A DNA stretch of 64,000 nt, taken from assembly GCA_963709345.1 (NCBI GenBank), contig CAVPVX010000011.1:384001-448000 (forward strand), read 5' to 3'. This stretch comes from an uncultured Actinomycetes bacterium. GTDB taxonomy: Bacteria; Actinomycetota; Thermoleophilia; UBA2241. Made by a program: the position numbers and the translations under genes. Below are positions 9,465 to 19,375 of the stretch, one piece after another. Numbering within the stretch: the stretch's first letter is position 1; every line of letters begins with the position of its first letter. The notes beneath the pieces are model-generated. The model searched no databases and had not been told where the DNA came from. It was given only the letters and a program-made list of their open reading frames with translations.

Positions 9465-10652
9465 GTGAGCGCACACGCCAAGGTCGTGGACCTGACGGGG
9501 AGCCCCGTCATCGACGACCACTGCCACGGGTTCCGCGCCGCCGATCTCGTAGGCCTCGACCCGCTCGGCTGGGAGGACAGGCTCACGATGATGGGCATGT
9601 GCTTTCTCTCGTCGGGCCAGACCGACCCCGCGCTGGCCCGCCAGGTCACCGGGCTGAGAGACGGCACGGTCTTCGCGCTCACGGCGCGGCGCTGGCTTGC
9701 CCGGCGGCTCGGCGTGGAGCCGGAGGCGCACGCCCTTGCCGTCGCCCGCGCGGCAGCGATCGGCGCCGACCCCGAGGGCTACTGCGCCCGGCTCATGGCC
9801 GAGCAGAACATCACCGCCGTGATCGCCGACGAAGGCTACCCTCAGCCGCCCGTCCTCCGGGCGGAGTTCGAGCACAGCCTCGGCGTGCCCGTTCACCGGG
9901 TGGCACGCATCGAACCCATGATCGTCGACCTCCAGGCTCTGGATCTGGGCTGGCGGGACTTCGAGGCCGGTTTTGAGGCGCGCCTCGAAGAAGCGGCTAC
10001 GGATGCCCACACGGTCGGGTTCAAGTCGATCATCGCCTACCGCACCGGCCTTGATGTCGGCGCGCCTACGGCGGCCGAGGCCGGTCAGGCGTACGAGAAG
10101 TGGCGGGCTGCCGGCTGGCCCAAGGATCGTGGCTCGGGCAAGGTCGTTCGCGACTACTGCCTGCGCGCCACCCTGCGCGCCGCCCGGCGTCACGACCTCG
10201 TGATGCACCTGCACTGCGGCGGCGGCGACCCGGACATCGTCCTTGCTCACGTGCGCCCTCAGGACGTCTTCAGCCTGCTGCACGACCACATGGATCAGCC
10301 GATCATCCTCATCCACGGCGGGTATCCGTGGATGGCCGAGGCGGCATACATCGCCAGCATCCTCCCGTTCGTGTACATCGACCTCTCCGAGTTCCTGCCG
10401 TGGGCGACGCTCGGCATCGACCGCGAGCTCGAGATGCTGCTCGGCGTGGTGCCCGCCGGGAAGATCCTGTACGGATCGGACGAAGCGTCCGAGCCGGAGG
10501 TCTTCTGGCTCTCGGCGCGCATCGCGCGCGAGGCACTCGAGCGCGTGCTCGGGCGAGCCGTCCAGCGCGACTACCTGACGGTCGCTCAGGCGATAGAGCT
10601 CGGGCGCGGCGTGCTGGCAGGCAACACGGCGAGGCTGCATGGCATCGGCTGA
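9465..10652 (+). CDS. amidohydrolase family 2 protein (FluG N-terminal-like)
   Basis: IDDHCH, KSIIAYRTGL, HLHCGGGD, LIHGGYP and KILYGSD motifs. Confidence 0.87.
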   Translation: MSAHAKVVDLTGSPVIDDHCHGFRAADLVGLDPLGWEDRLTMMGMCFLSSGQTDPALARQVTGLRDGTVFALTARRWLARRLGVEPEAHALAVARAAAIGADPEGYCARLMAEQNITAVIADEGYPQPPVLRAEFEHSLGVPVHRVARIEPMIVDLQALDLGWRDFEAGFEARLEEAATDAHTVGFKSIIAYRTGLDVGAPTAAEAGQAYEKWRAAGWPKDRGSGKVVRDYCLRATLRAARRHDLVMHLHCGGGDPDIVLAHVRPQDVFSLLHDHMDQPIILIHGGYPWMAEAAYIASILPFVYIDLSEFLPWATLGIDRELEMLLGVVPAGKILYGSDEASEPEVFWLSARIAREALERVLGRAVQRDYLTVAQAIELGRGVLAGNTARLHGIG

Positions 10653-11853
10653 CGAGATCTGCGAGACCCGCGAGACCGGGGAGGCCGCGTCGTTGGCTGC
10701 CACGGAGGCAGGCTCCTGGGCAGCTGCGCACGCGGCTCGGTTCGTGCAGCGACTGGCCGAGCTTGTCGCCATCGACAGCGGCCCAGACGCGCCGGAGGGT
10801 CGCGAAGAAGTGGCCGGCCTGCTCGCCGGCTGGGCCGCCGCCTGCGGCTGCGAGACGGAGGTCGCGGCGCACCCCGGCGGTTCGCACCTCATCTGCCGCC
10901 TGCCCGGGAGCGGCGCCGGCAAGATCGTGCTCCTCGGCCACCACGACACCGTGTTCGCGAAGGGCACGGCGGCGGAGCGGCCGATGACCGTGAGCGACGG
11001 AGTGGCGTACGGCCCAGGCGTCGCCGACATGAAGGGCGGGCTGCTGGTCGCTCTCACCGCCATCGAGGCGCTCGCGAGCGGCGCGAGGCCGTTCGCTGCC
11101 GTTGAACTGCACAGCGTCCCGGACGAAGAGGTGAGGGTCGTGCCCTTCGCGACGATCGATCGAGTCGCCGACGCCGACGCCGTGTTCGTCCTCGAGTGTG
11201 GCCGCGAGAACGGCGACTTCGTCGCCGGCCGGAAGACCGGCGCTTGGCTGCGCCTGGCCGTCGAGGGTGGATCGGCGCACGCCGGCACAGAGCCCGGCCT
11301 GGGGAGGAGCGCGGTCGTCGGGCTGTGTCATGAGGTGCTGCGTCTCACTGCGCTCGACGGCGTTCGCCCGGGGCTCACCGTCGTCGCGGGGACCGTCGCC
11401 GGCGGCACCATCGCCAACGTGATCCCGGAGCACGCCGAGGCGATCATCGACGTGCGCGCCCCTGCGCGAGCCGACTTCGACTGGGCGGTGCGGGAGATCG
11501 CCCGCTCCGGCGAGCACGACGGGCTCACCGTGTCGGTCGAGAACCAAGGCACGTGGCCCGGCATCGAGCCCACGACCGCCGGCGACCTCCTGCTCGCGAC
11601 GGCCGTACGGCTCGCGCGCGAGCAGGGTCTCGGCGTCGGCGGGCAGATCAGCGGCGGCATGTCGGACGGCTGTTGGACCGCCGCCCGGGGAGTGCCCACG
11701 CTCGACGGGCTCGGCCCCGTGGGGGGGCTCGACCATTCGCCGTCCGAGTACATCGTGCTCGACTCGGTGCCGCGGCGCTGTGGCATCGTCGCGGGCCTCT
11801 GCACTGCGGTCGGCGGCGGGCTGCGCGACTCGGCGGCGGCACGGGCGGGTTGA
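10639..11853 (+). CDS. M20 metallopeptidase (glutamate carboxypeptidase-like)
   Basis: LLGHHDTVF, GPGVADMKGG, DEE, SAHAG, NVIP and GGMSDG..TLDGLGP..HSPSE motifs. Confidence 0.9.
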   Translation: MASADEICETRETGEAASLAATEAGSWAAAHAARFVQRLAELVAIDSGPDAPEGREEVAGLLAGWAAACGCETEVAAHPGGSHLICRLPGSGAGKIVLLGHHDTVFAKGTAAERPMTVSDGVAYGPGVADMKGGLLVALTAIEALASGARPFAAVELHSVPDEEVRVVPFATIDRVADADAVFVLECGRENGDFVAGRKTGAWLRLAVEGGSAHAGTEPGLGRSAVVGLCHEVLRLTALDGVRPGLTVVAGTVAGGTIANVIPEHAEAIIDVRAPARADFDWAVREIARSGEHDGLTVSVENQGTWPGIEPTTAGDLLLATAVRLAREQGLGVGGQISGGMSDGCWTAARGVPTLDGLGPVGGLDHSPSEYIVLDSVPRRCGIVAGLCTAVGGGLRDSAAARAG

Positions 11854-11972
11854 TGAAGACACGACAGAGGGAGTCGATGAGCAGACACATCCGCAGGCGG
11901 GCGCGTTCTTCAAGCCCAGGTAGGAAATGGCGGTCGCCCGGGAGGCGGACGGCCCAGACGAAGGGGAACAAC

Positions 11973-13166
11973 GTGAGGAAGCTCTATCTGACAGTGGGGT
12001 TGCTGCTGGTCGCAGTGGCGGCCGTGGCCTTGGTGGGCTGCGGCGGAAACGGGGATGACGCCGCCGACGGAGGCGGGGATGTCTTCAAGATCGGGTACTC
12101 CGCCGACCTCAGCGATGGGTACTCGTCCTACGACACGCCGATCCTGCAGGGCGTCGAGTTCGCGATCGATGAGATCAACGAGGCCGGCGGCATCAACGGC
12201 ATGATGCTCGAGCTCGAGTACAAGGACAACAAGAACGACAAGGCCCTCGCGATCCAGACGACGCAGGAACTCATCAACGGGGGCATCCAGTACATGGTCG
12301 GCACGACGGCGGACAACGTCACTGCCATCAACCGGCTGGCCGGCGACAAGGAGATCCCGTCCGACACCGGAGACGGCACCGCGCCCAACCTGCCGCGCGA
12401 CAACGGGGAGTTCTCCTTCCAGTACATCATGGGCGACAACGTCCAGGGCGCAGCGATGGCCAACTACTGCTACACCGATCTCGGGTATCGCTCCGCGTAC
12501 CTGCTTCGCTCCCAGGACGTCGCCTACACGGCGAACCTGCCCACGTACTTCTCGGATGTGTTCAAGCAGCTCGGCGGCAGCATCGTCGGCACCGCCGACT
12601 ACAAGCTTGGAGCAGGCGACTTCTCGGCTCAGGTCACCAAGATCAAGAACGCGAGCCCGAAGCCGGACATGATCTACACGCCGATGTTCATGCCCGACAC
12701 GCCTGTGTTCCTCAAGCAGCTCAAGGCGGCCGGCGTCGACATCCCGGTGGTCACCTCCGACGGCAACGACACGCCGGACATCCTCACCGCCGGCCCCGAG
12801 GCTCTTGACGGCATGATCCTCACCACGTTCGCGTATCCCGAGCCCGGTACCACGCTGGCCGACTTCTATGACAAGTACGAGGCCAAGACCGGCGCCCCAC
12901 CCGAGACGGTGATCGTGGCCAACGGCTACGACCTCATCCAGGTTCTCAAGGCGGGTCTCGAGGCGAGCGGCGGCGAGGGCGGCGCGGCGCTTCGCGACGC
13001 GATCGCCAATCTGAGCGGTGTCCAGCTCAGCACGACCGACGACTTCATCATGAATCCCACCACGCGGCAGGCGAAGCGCGAGGTCTGCCTGCTGAAGATG
13101 GACGGCAACGAGTTCACGTTCGTCAAGTACCTGCCGTACCCGGCGTTCGTGCCCGAGCCGCTGTGA
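11973..13166 (+). CDS. Liv-type ABC transporter substrate-binding lipoprotein
   Basis: Lipobox LVGC after a hydrophobic stretch; AIDEINEAGGING and DFSAQVTKIK. Confidence 0.9.
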   Translation: MRKLYLTVGLLLVAVAAVALVGCGGNGDDAADGGGDVFKIGYSADLSDGYSSYDTPILQGVEFAIDEINEAGGINGMMLELEYKDNKNDKALAIQTTQELINGGIQYMVGTTADNVTAINRLAGDKEIPSDTGDGTAPNLPRDNGEFSFQYIMGDNVQGAAMANYCYTDLGYRSAYLLRSQDVAYTANLPTYFSDVFKQLGGSIVGTADYKLGAGDFSAQVTKIKNASPKPDMIYTPMFMPDTPVFLKQLKAAGVDIPVVTSDGNDTPDILTAGPEALDGMILTTFAYPEPGTTLADFYDKYEAKTGAPPETVIVANGYDLIQVLKAGLEASGGEGGAALRDAIANLSGVQLSTTDDFIMNPTTRQAKREVCLLKMDGNEFTFVKYLPYPAFVPEPL

Positions 13167-13287
13167 GAAGCGCTCACCCGGCTGCGAGCGTGTGACCGGT
13201 GGTGCCGGCGGGGCGCGCAGCGCCCCGCCGGCACCCCGGGCCGCCGGAGCCGCCGTCGGCGCCTAAGGAAGAAGGAAGGACCGTAGC

Positions 13288-14640
13288 GTGGATGCTCGTC
13301 CACTGACCGAGACGCACGCCTGGCTGGGCCGCGAAGCCGCGGCCATGGGCGGCGTGCACAAGATCCGCTTCTATCCGTTCGTGCTGGAACGGGCGGAGGG
13401 CGTGCGCGTCTGGGACGTCGACGGCAACGAGTACCTGGACCTCATCGCTGCCGGCGGCGTGCTGCAGACGGGGAGTGGACACCCGCGGGTGCGCAGGGCC
13501 ATCCACGCCGAGCTCGACCGCTCGTGGTCGACGATGCTGTGCACGTACCCCGCGCCGCCGACGATCGCGCTTGCGGAGCGTCTCTGCGAGACCCTTCCCG
13601 GCGACGCTCCTCGTGCGGCGTGGTTCGGGACGAGCGGCTCCGACGCCAACGATTGCCTCGGCAAGCTCCTGCCGGTGGCGACGGGGCGCCGGAGGCTCGT
13701 CAGCTTCGTCGGCGCCTATCACGGTCAGACCGCCGGCTCGGCTGCGCTCTCCGGCCACTCGACCCAGGCGCGGACGATCGGCGCCGGCAACATCACCAAG
13801 GTGCCGTACCCCTACTGCTATCGCTGTCTCTGGGGCTGCAGCGGGCCAGACGACTGCGCGCTCGAGTGTCTGTCCTACCTTGAGGAGTTCGTACTGGCCA
13901 ACGTCTCGCCGGCGGACGACACGGCGGCGATCCTGCTCGAGGCGATGCAGTCCGACGGCGGCGACGTGCCGGCCCCTCCGCGGTTTCTCCGTGCCCTGCG
14001 CGAACTCTGCGACCGGCACGGCATCTGGCTCGTCTTCGACGAGGTCAAGTCCGGCCTCGGCCGAAGCGGCACGATGTGGGCCTTCGAGCAGAGCGGCGTG
14101 ACCGCCGATGCGCTCGCTGCCGGCAAGCCGCTGGGCGGGGGGCTGCCGCTCTCGGCGGTGGTCTCGCGGCGGGAGCTTCTCGATGCGGACATCTACAACC
14201 TGTTCACGCTCGGCGGCGCCCCGGTGCCCTGCGCCGCCGGGCTCGCGACTCTCGACGTCATCCGCGAGGAGGGCCTGATGGCCAACGCGAGCGCCGTCGG
14301 AGAGCATCTGCGCGCCGGGCTTCGCGAACTCGCCCGCTCGCACCCCTCCATCGGCGACGTGCGTGGCCTTGGCCTGATGCTCGGCTTCGAGCTCGTCGAG
14401 GACCGCGCGAGCAAGGCGCCGGCGTCGCGGCTCGCGGCGCGTCTCGTCTACCGCTGCTTTGAGCTGGGGCTCATGCTCATCTACTGCGGCCTGCTCGCGA
14501 ACGTCATCGAGATGACGCCGCCGCTGACGCTCACTCGGGATGACGCCGACAGGGCTCTGGCCATCATCGACCAGGCTCTGGCCGAGTGCGAGGCCGGCCA
14601 CTTCGACGATTCCAAGATCGCCCCCTACGCCGGCTGGTAA
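13288..14640 (+). CDS. class III aminotransferase (GabT-like)
   Basis: WDVDGNEYLD, SGSDAND, AYHG, FDEVKSGLGRSG, GKPLGGG and DVRGLGLM. Confidence 0.92.
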   Translation: MDARPLTETHAWLGREAAAMGGVHKIRFYPFVLERAEGVRVWDVDGNEYLDLIAAGGVLQTGSGHPRVRRAIHAELDRSWSTMLCTYPAPPTIALAERLCETLPGDAPRAAWFGTSGSDANDCLGKLLPVATGRRRLVSFVGAYHGQTAGSAALSGHSTQARTIGAGNITKVPYPYCYRCLWGCSGPDDCALECLSYLEEFVLANVSPADDTAAILLEAMQSDGGDVPAPPRFLRALRELCDRHGIWLVFDEVKSGLGRSGTMWAFEQSGVTADALAAGKPLGGGLPLSAVVSRRELLDADIYNLFTLGGAPVPCAAGLATLDVIREEGLMANASAVGEHLRAGLRELARSHPSIGDVRGLGLMLGFELVEDRASKAPASRLAARLVYRCFELGLMLIYCGLLANVIEMTPPLTLTRDDADRALAIIDQALAECEAGHFDDSKIAPYAGW

Positions 14641-14658
14641 GAGAGGAGACTGAGACTG

Positions 14659-15390
14659 GTGCAAGAGGACCGACCACTGCTCAAGCTCGACAAGGTGACG
14701 TCCGGGTATGGGCCGATCGTGGCCGTGCGCGACCTCTCGATCGAGGTGTATCCCGGAGAGGTCGTCACCCTGCTGGGCGCCAACGGCGCCGGCAAGAGCA
14801 CGACGCTGCTGACGATCGCCGGGCTTGTGCGGCCGTCCACCGGTACTGTCGAGTTCGACGGCTCCGACATACTGCATCTCAAGGCGGAGGATGTCGTTCG
14901 GCAAGGCATCGCTCTCACTCCCGAGGGCCGCGGCATCTTCGCTCACCTCTCGGTCACGGATAACCTGCGCATCGGCGCCACCGTCCGCAAGGACAAGGCC
15001 GGTGTGGCGGAGACGATGGACGAGATGCTCGATCTCTTCCCGATCCTGCGCGAGCGGTCGCGACAGCTCGCCGGCACGCTGTCCGGGGGCGAACAGCAGA
15101 TGCTTGCGCTGGCGCGATCGCTGATGAGCAAGCCGCGGCTCATGCTGCTCGACGAGCCGTCGCTCGGCTTGGCGCCGCGTATCGTCGCGCAGATCTTCGA
15201 GCTGCTCCGGCAGCTGCCGGAGCGCGGCGTCACGGTACTGCTCGTGGAGCAGAACGTGAGGCTGGCTCTCGATGTCGCGTCCCGCGGATACGTGCTGGCA
15301 TCCGGCGAACTGCAGCTGGCGGGATCGGCGGAGGAGCTCCTCAATGCCGTCGACCTCGAGAAGGCCTACCTGGGAGCGGATGTCGCATGA
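14659..15390 (+). CDS. ABC ATP-binding protein (LivF-like)
   Basis: GANGAGKST, LSGGEQQM, LLDEPSLGL and LLVEQN. Confidence 0.93.
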   Translation: MQEDRPLLKLDKVTSGYGPIVAVRDLSIEVYPGEVVTLLGANGAGKSTTLLTIAGLVRPSTGTVEFDGSDILHLKAEDVVRQGIALTPEGRGIFAHLSVTDNLRIGATVRKDKAGVAETMDEMLDLFPILRERSRQLAGTLSGGEQQMLALARSLMSKPRLMLLDEPSLGLAPRIVAQIFELLRQLPERGVTVLLVEQNVRLALDVASRGYVLASGELQLAGSAEELLNAVDLEKAYLGADVA

Positions 15391-16277
15391 GCGCCGCTGA
15401 GATCGCCCAACAGATCATCAACGCCCTGAGTTTGGGCAGCACCTACGCGCTGCTCGCGCTGGGCCTCGCCTTGGTCTTCGGGGTCATGGGCCTCGTCAAC
15501 TTCGCCTACGGCGAACTGGTGACGATCACCGGCTACACGATGTACCTGCTCACCGTGAACGGTGTCGCCTGGTGGATCGCGGTCTGCGCCGGACTCGTCT
15601 TCGCCACCGTCGCGTCGCTGCTCATGGAGCGCTTCGCCTTTCGGCCGCTGCGCAATGCCAGCTTCCTCACACTCCTTTTTGCGTCGTTCGCTCTCTCGGT
15701 CATCATCCAGAACGTGTTTCGCGCGACGGTCTCGCCCCGGACCAAGGGCATCGAAGGCCCGTCGCTGCTCATCCGGGCGGTCCACCTGGGCCCGCTCTCC
15801 ATCAGCTGGCTGAGCATCATCACCATCGCTATCGGCATCGCCTGCCTGCTCGGCCTACTGCTGTTCATGCGTGGTTCACTGGCCGGCATCGGGATGCGTG
15901 CCGCGGCCGAGAACTTCGCCGTCGCGCGCCTTATGGGTGTGAGGGCCAACCGGGTCATCGCCCTCGCCTTCGTCATCAGCGGCCTGCTCGCCGGAATCGC
16001 GGGCGTGCTCTGGGTGTCGCGCAGCGGATCCGTTGACCCGGGCATGGGGTTCACGCCGATCATCAAGGCGTTCATCGCCACCGTGATCGGCGGTCTGGGA
16101 AGTCTTCCGGGAGCGGTGCTCGGCGGCTTCATCCTTGCCGCCGCCGAGGTCTTCTTCATTGCGGTGCTGCCCACAAGCGTTCAGCCGTTCAGCGACCCCT
16201 TCGCGCTGCTCCTGGTGATCGCCATCCTCTACTTCAAGCCCAACGGCCTACTGGCTCCTGTTGCGGAGCGTGCCTGA
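15387..16277 (+). CDS. ABC permease (LivH-like)
   Basis: YALLALGLALVFGVMGLVNFAYG and IGGLGSLPGA. Confidence 0.92.
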   Translation: MSAAEIAQQIINALSLGSTYALLALGLALVFGVMGLVNFAYGELVTITGYTMYLLTVNGVAWWIAVCAGLVFATVASLLMERFAFRPLRNASFLTLLFASFALSVIIQNVFRATVSPRTKGIEGPSLLIRAVHLGPLSISWLSIITIAIGIACLLGLLLFMRGSLAGIGMRAAAENFAVARLMGVRANRVIALAFVISGLLAGIAGVLWVSRSGSVDPGMGFTPIIKAFIATVIGGLGSLPGAVLGGFILAAAEVFFIAVLPTSVQPFSDPFALLLVIAILYFKPNGLLAPVAERA

Positions 16278-17380
16278 TGAACCGGCTACTCACCTCACTC
16301 TACGTCCGCAACGTCGCCGGCACTTCGGGGCTGCTCATCGCCATCCTCGCCGTGGTCGCTCTGATCGGGGCTTTCAGCGCCGGCTCGGGCAGCAGCCTCA
16401 CCCTGATCATCCCGAACTTCTTCATCACCGTGATCGTCGTCATCGCCCTTCAGATGTTCACGGGTAACTCCGGCGTGGTCTCGTGGGGCCACGCCGCCTT
16501 CGTCGGCATCGGCGCCTACGTGACCGCCTGGCTGACAGTCCCCACGGTCATCAAGAGTGACGTGTTCCGCGGGATGCCGTCGTGGCTGCTCGACGCGCAG
16601 TGGAGCTTCATCCCGACGATCATCGTGGCTACTCTGGCGGGCACCCTCGTCGCCGCGCTCATCGGTCTCGTCCTGAGTCGCATGAAGGAGACCGCCATGG
16701 CGATGAGCACGCTCGCCCTGCTGGTCATCGCGCACGGCGTGTACGCGAACTGGTTCGGCATGACTCGCGGGGCCCAGGGGGTATACGGACTGCCTCAGAA
16801 CACCACGCTCTGGGGCGCATTCGCCTTCGCCTCCTTCGCCGTGATCGTCGGCGTCATGTTTCGCGATTCCCGGGTCGGGCTTCGGCTGCAGGCCAGCCGA
16901 GAGGATCCGCTCGCGGCCGAAGCGACCGGTGTCAGCGTGGTGCGCGCCCGCTACATCGCCTGGGTCGCCTCGGCGGCTCTGGCCGCCCTGTGCGGCTCGG
17001 TGTGGGCGCAGTTCAACCTCGCGTTCGACCCATCCCAGTTCTACTACACGCAGGTGTTCGCGGTACTGTCGATGCTGGTCATCGGGGGCATGGCGACGGT
17101 GTCGGGAGCCATCGTCGGCGCCGGCGTCGTCACCGTCCTGTCACAGATCCTCTACGACATCGAGGGTGGCAGCTTCCTCGGCATGGAGGTTCCGCGCATC
17201 AGCGGACTGCAGCAGATGATCCTTGCGATCGTCACCCTGCTCATCCTCATCTACCGGCGCAACGGCATTCTGAGCTGGTGGGAGCTCGACGAGTGGGTGC
17301 GCAAGGGCCGGCGTCGCTTCTTCTCCGGGGGGCGTACCCCGGACGCTCGGCCTCTGGGTGACGACAAGGAAGGGGGCTGA
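16277..17380 (+). CDS. ABC permease (LivM-like)
   Basis: GVVSWGHAAFVGIGAY and ASREDPLAAEATGV. Confidence 0.92.
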   Translation: MNRLLTSLYVRNVAGTSGLLIAILAVVALIGAFSAGSGSSLTLIIPNFFITVIVVIALQMFTGNSGVVSWGHAAFVGIGAYVTAWLTVPTVIKSDVFRGMPSWLLDAQWSFIPTIIVATLAGTLVAALIGLVLSRMKETAMAMSTLALLVIAHGVYANWFGMTRGAQGVYGLPQNTTLWGAFAFASFAVIVGVMFRDSRVGLRLQASREDPLAAEATGVSVVRARYIAWVASAALAALCGSVWAQFNLAFDPSQFYYTQVFAVLSMLVIGGMATVSGAIVGAGVVTVLSQILYDIEGGSFLGMEVPRISGLQQMILAIVTLLILIYRRNGILSWWELDEWVRKGRRRFFSGGRTPDARPLGDDKEGG

Positions 17381-17381
17381 C

Positions 17382-18191
17382 ATGGGCGCCGCCAATGAAG
17401 AGAGAAGCGCGGCGGCCACGGCCGAGGCTCCGGCCGCGTCTCGGGCTCCGGCCGCGACCTCCCATCTCCTCGAGGCGGTCGCCGTCAGCAAGCACTTCCG
17501 CGGCGTCCACGCTCTGGATGGGGTATCGCTGGAGATCGCGGCCGGCGAGATCGTGGGACTCATCGGCCCCAACGGCTCCGGCAAGACGACGCTTCTCAAC
17601 GTGCTCTCCGGAGTGTACGCGCCGACATCCGGCAGAGTCCGCTGCGACGGACGGGAGGTCGCGGGCTTCAAGCCCAACCGCATTGCTCACATGGGCGTGG
17701 GACGGACCTTCCAGAACATCCGGCTCTTCAGCCACCTCACGGTGCGCCAGAACATCGAGGTCGGCTCAGTAAGCGGACACTCGACAAAAGGGTTGGACCA
17801 CCGCGCCGACGTCGACAAGCTCCTCCGCCGGTTCGGCCTGGGGGCGAGCGCCGACGTCCAGTCGCTGAACCTGCCGTACGGGGCGCAGCGCCGCGTCGAG
17901 ATCGCCCGCGCCCTTGCGGGGCGGCCCTACTTCCTGCTGCTCGACGAGCCGGCTGCCGGGATGAACGAGGCCGAGTCGGACACCCTGCTTGAGACCATCA
18001 TGGGTGTGCGAGCCGAGTTCGGCTGCGGCATCCTCATCGTCGACCACGACTTGCGGCTCATCATGCGCTTGTGCGAGCGCATCCACGTCTTTGCGGAGGG
18101 CACGACGCTGGCGACGGGCACTCCGGAGGAGGTCCGGCACGATCCGACCGTCATCGAGGTGTTCCTCGGTGACGCGCTCGAGGACACCTGA
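17382..18191 (+). CDS. ABC ATP-binding protein (LivG-like)
   Basis: GPNGSGKTT, RTFQNIRLF, LPYGAQRRVEIARAL and LLDEPAAG. Confidence 0.93.
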   Translation: MGAANEERSAAATAEAPAASRAPAATSHLLEAVAVSKHFRGVHALDGVSLEIAAGEIVGLIGPNGSGKTTLLNVLSGVYAPTSGRVRCDGREVAGFKPNRIAHMGVGRTFQNIRLFSHLTVRQNIEVGSVSGHSTKGLDHRADVDKLLRRFGLGASADVQSLNLPYGAQRRVEIARALAGRPYFLLLDEPAAGMNEAESDTLLETIMGVRAEFGCGILIVDHDLRLIMRLCERIHVFAEGTTLATGTPEEVRHDPTVIEVFLGDALEDT

Positions 18192-18216
18192 GGTGGACGA
18201 ACTGCGGTAGGGCGTC

Positions 18217-19115
18217 GTGCACGCTATCGGGCGGGACCGCGTCATCTATGACACGGACAAGACGAATGCGCCGGCCCTGCGGGTGCGGGGCGGTGACGTC
18301 GTGCTGGCCGAGTGTCACGATTGCTTCGGCGGATTCATCCAGACCGCCCAGGACGACCCTCAGGACCTCGATCACCGTCTTCTCAACCCGGCGACCGGGC
18401 CGATCTTCGTGGACGGCGCCGAGCCCGGTGACGTCCTCGCCGTGGACCTGCTGCGCATCGAGGTCGGCGAACAGGGTGCTGCGCCGCTCTATCCCGGGGA
18501 GTTCGGTCTTCTCAAGGACGACCATATCGGGGCCTTCACCAAGATCGCACGCGTCGAGAACGGCGTCATCCTGTATCGCGACGACGTGAGGATCCCCGTG
18601 CGCCCTATGGTCGGGACGCTGGGCGTGGCGCCGTCAGGGGAGAGCGTGTCCACTCTGTACATGGGTGACCACGGCGCCAACATGGACCACAAGGACGTCT
18701 GCGTCGGCAACACGGTCTACCTGCCGGTGTTCGTGCCGGGCGCGCTCCTGGCGCTCGGTGACGCCCACGCGATCAGTGGCGACGGGGAGGCGGCCGCGGC
18801 CGCCTCGAGGTGCCCTCCGTGGTGACGCTCCGCGTCGACGTGCTCAAGGGGCAGTCGCTTCCGCGTCCCATCATCGAGAGCCCCACTGAGCTCATGACCT
18901 GCGGCTGGGGCATGACGATGGAAGAGGCCACGAGCTGCGCCATGCGCGACATGGTCGACTTTCTGGAGCGCAAACTCGACATGCCGAGGGCAGAGGCCTA
19001 CAACCTGGCCGGCATGGTCGGCGACGCTCGTCCAGGCAACGCGGTTTGCAGTCCGGGCGCCATGCGCTTCTCGATGCCGAAGGGGATCTTCGTCAACGGG
19101 ATCAGCATCCCCTGA
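18217..19115 (+). CDS. acetamidase/formamidase family protein, frameshift near 18800
   Basis: NPATGPIFVDGAEPGDVL, HGANMD, LPVFVPGALLALGDAHA..GDGE; the C-terminus continues in ORF 18810-19115. Confidence 0.85.
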
Positions 19116-19120
19116 CGATG

Positions 19121-19164
19121 GGATGCGGTCGCCGGCGGACGAAGAGCCCGCCGGCGACCGCATC
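19121..19164 (+). terminator. GC-rich stem-loop ending the operon
   Basis: GATGCGGTCGCCGGCGG / CCGCCGGCGACCGCATC inverted repeat just after the stop. Confidence 0.65.
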
Positions 19165-19375
19165 TCGTCAGCCGGCCGGCGCCGGGAAGGACGTGAACGG
19201 GGCCGCGGCGACGAAGTCCCACGCGGCGAGCGCCTCTACCTGGCGGCGAGGCCCACGGGCCGGTCCCGGGTCGTCCGCTCCCAGATACGTCACTCTCGCG
19301 CACATGGTCGCCCCCTTCTTGTAGCCCTGCAGTGGCCTGCTCCGGGGCGTCTTCTCGGGGCGGGCGGCAGGTCGT

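Noticed and set aside
7752-14946. Long antisense and alternative-frame ORFs (e.g. 7752-9344, 9444-11288, 13174-14946)
   Set aside because: Shadow ORFs typical of high-GC DNA, overlapping well-supported genes and lacking motifs.
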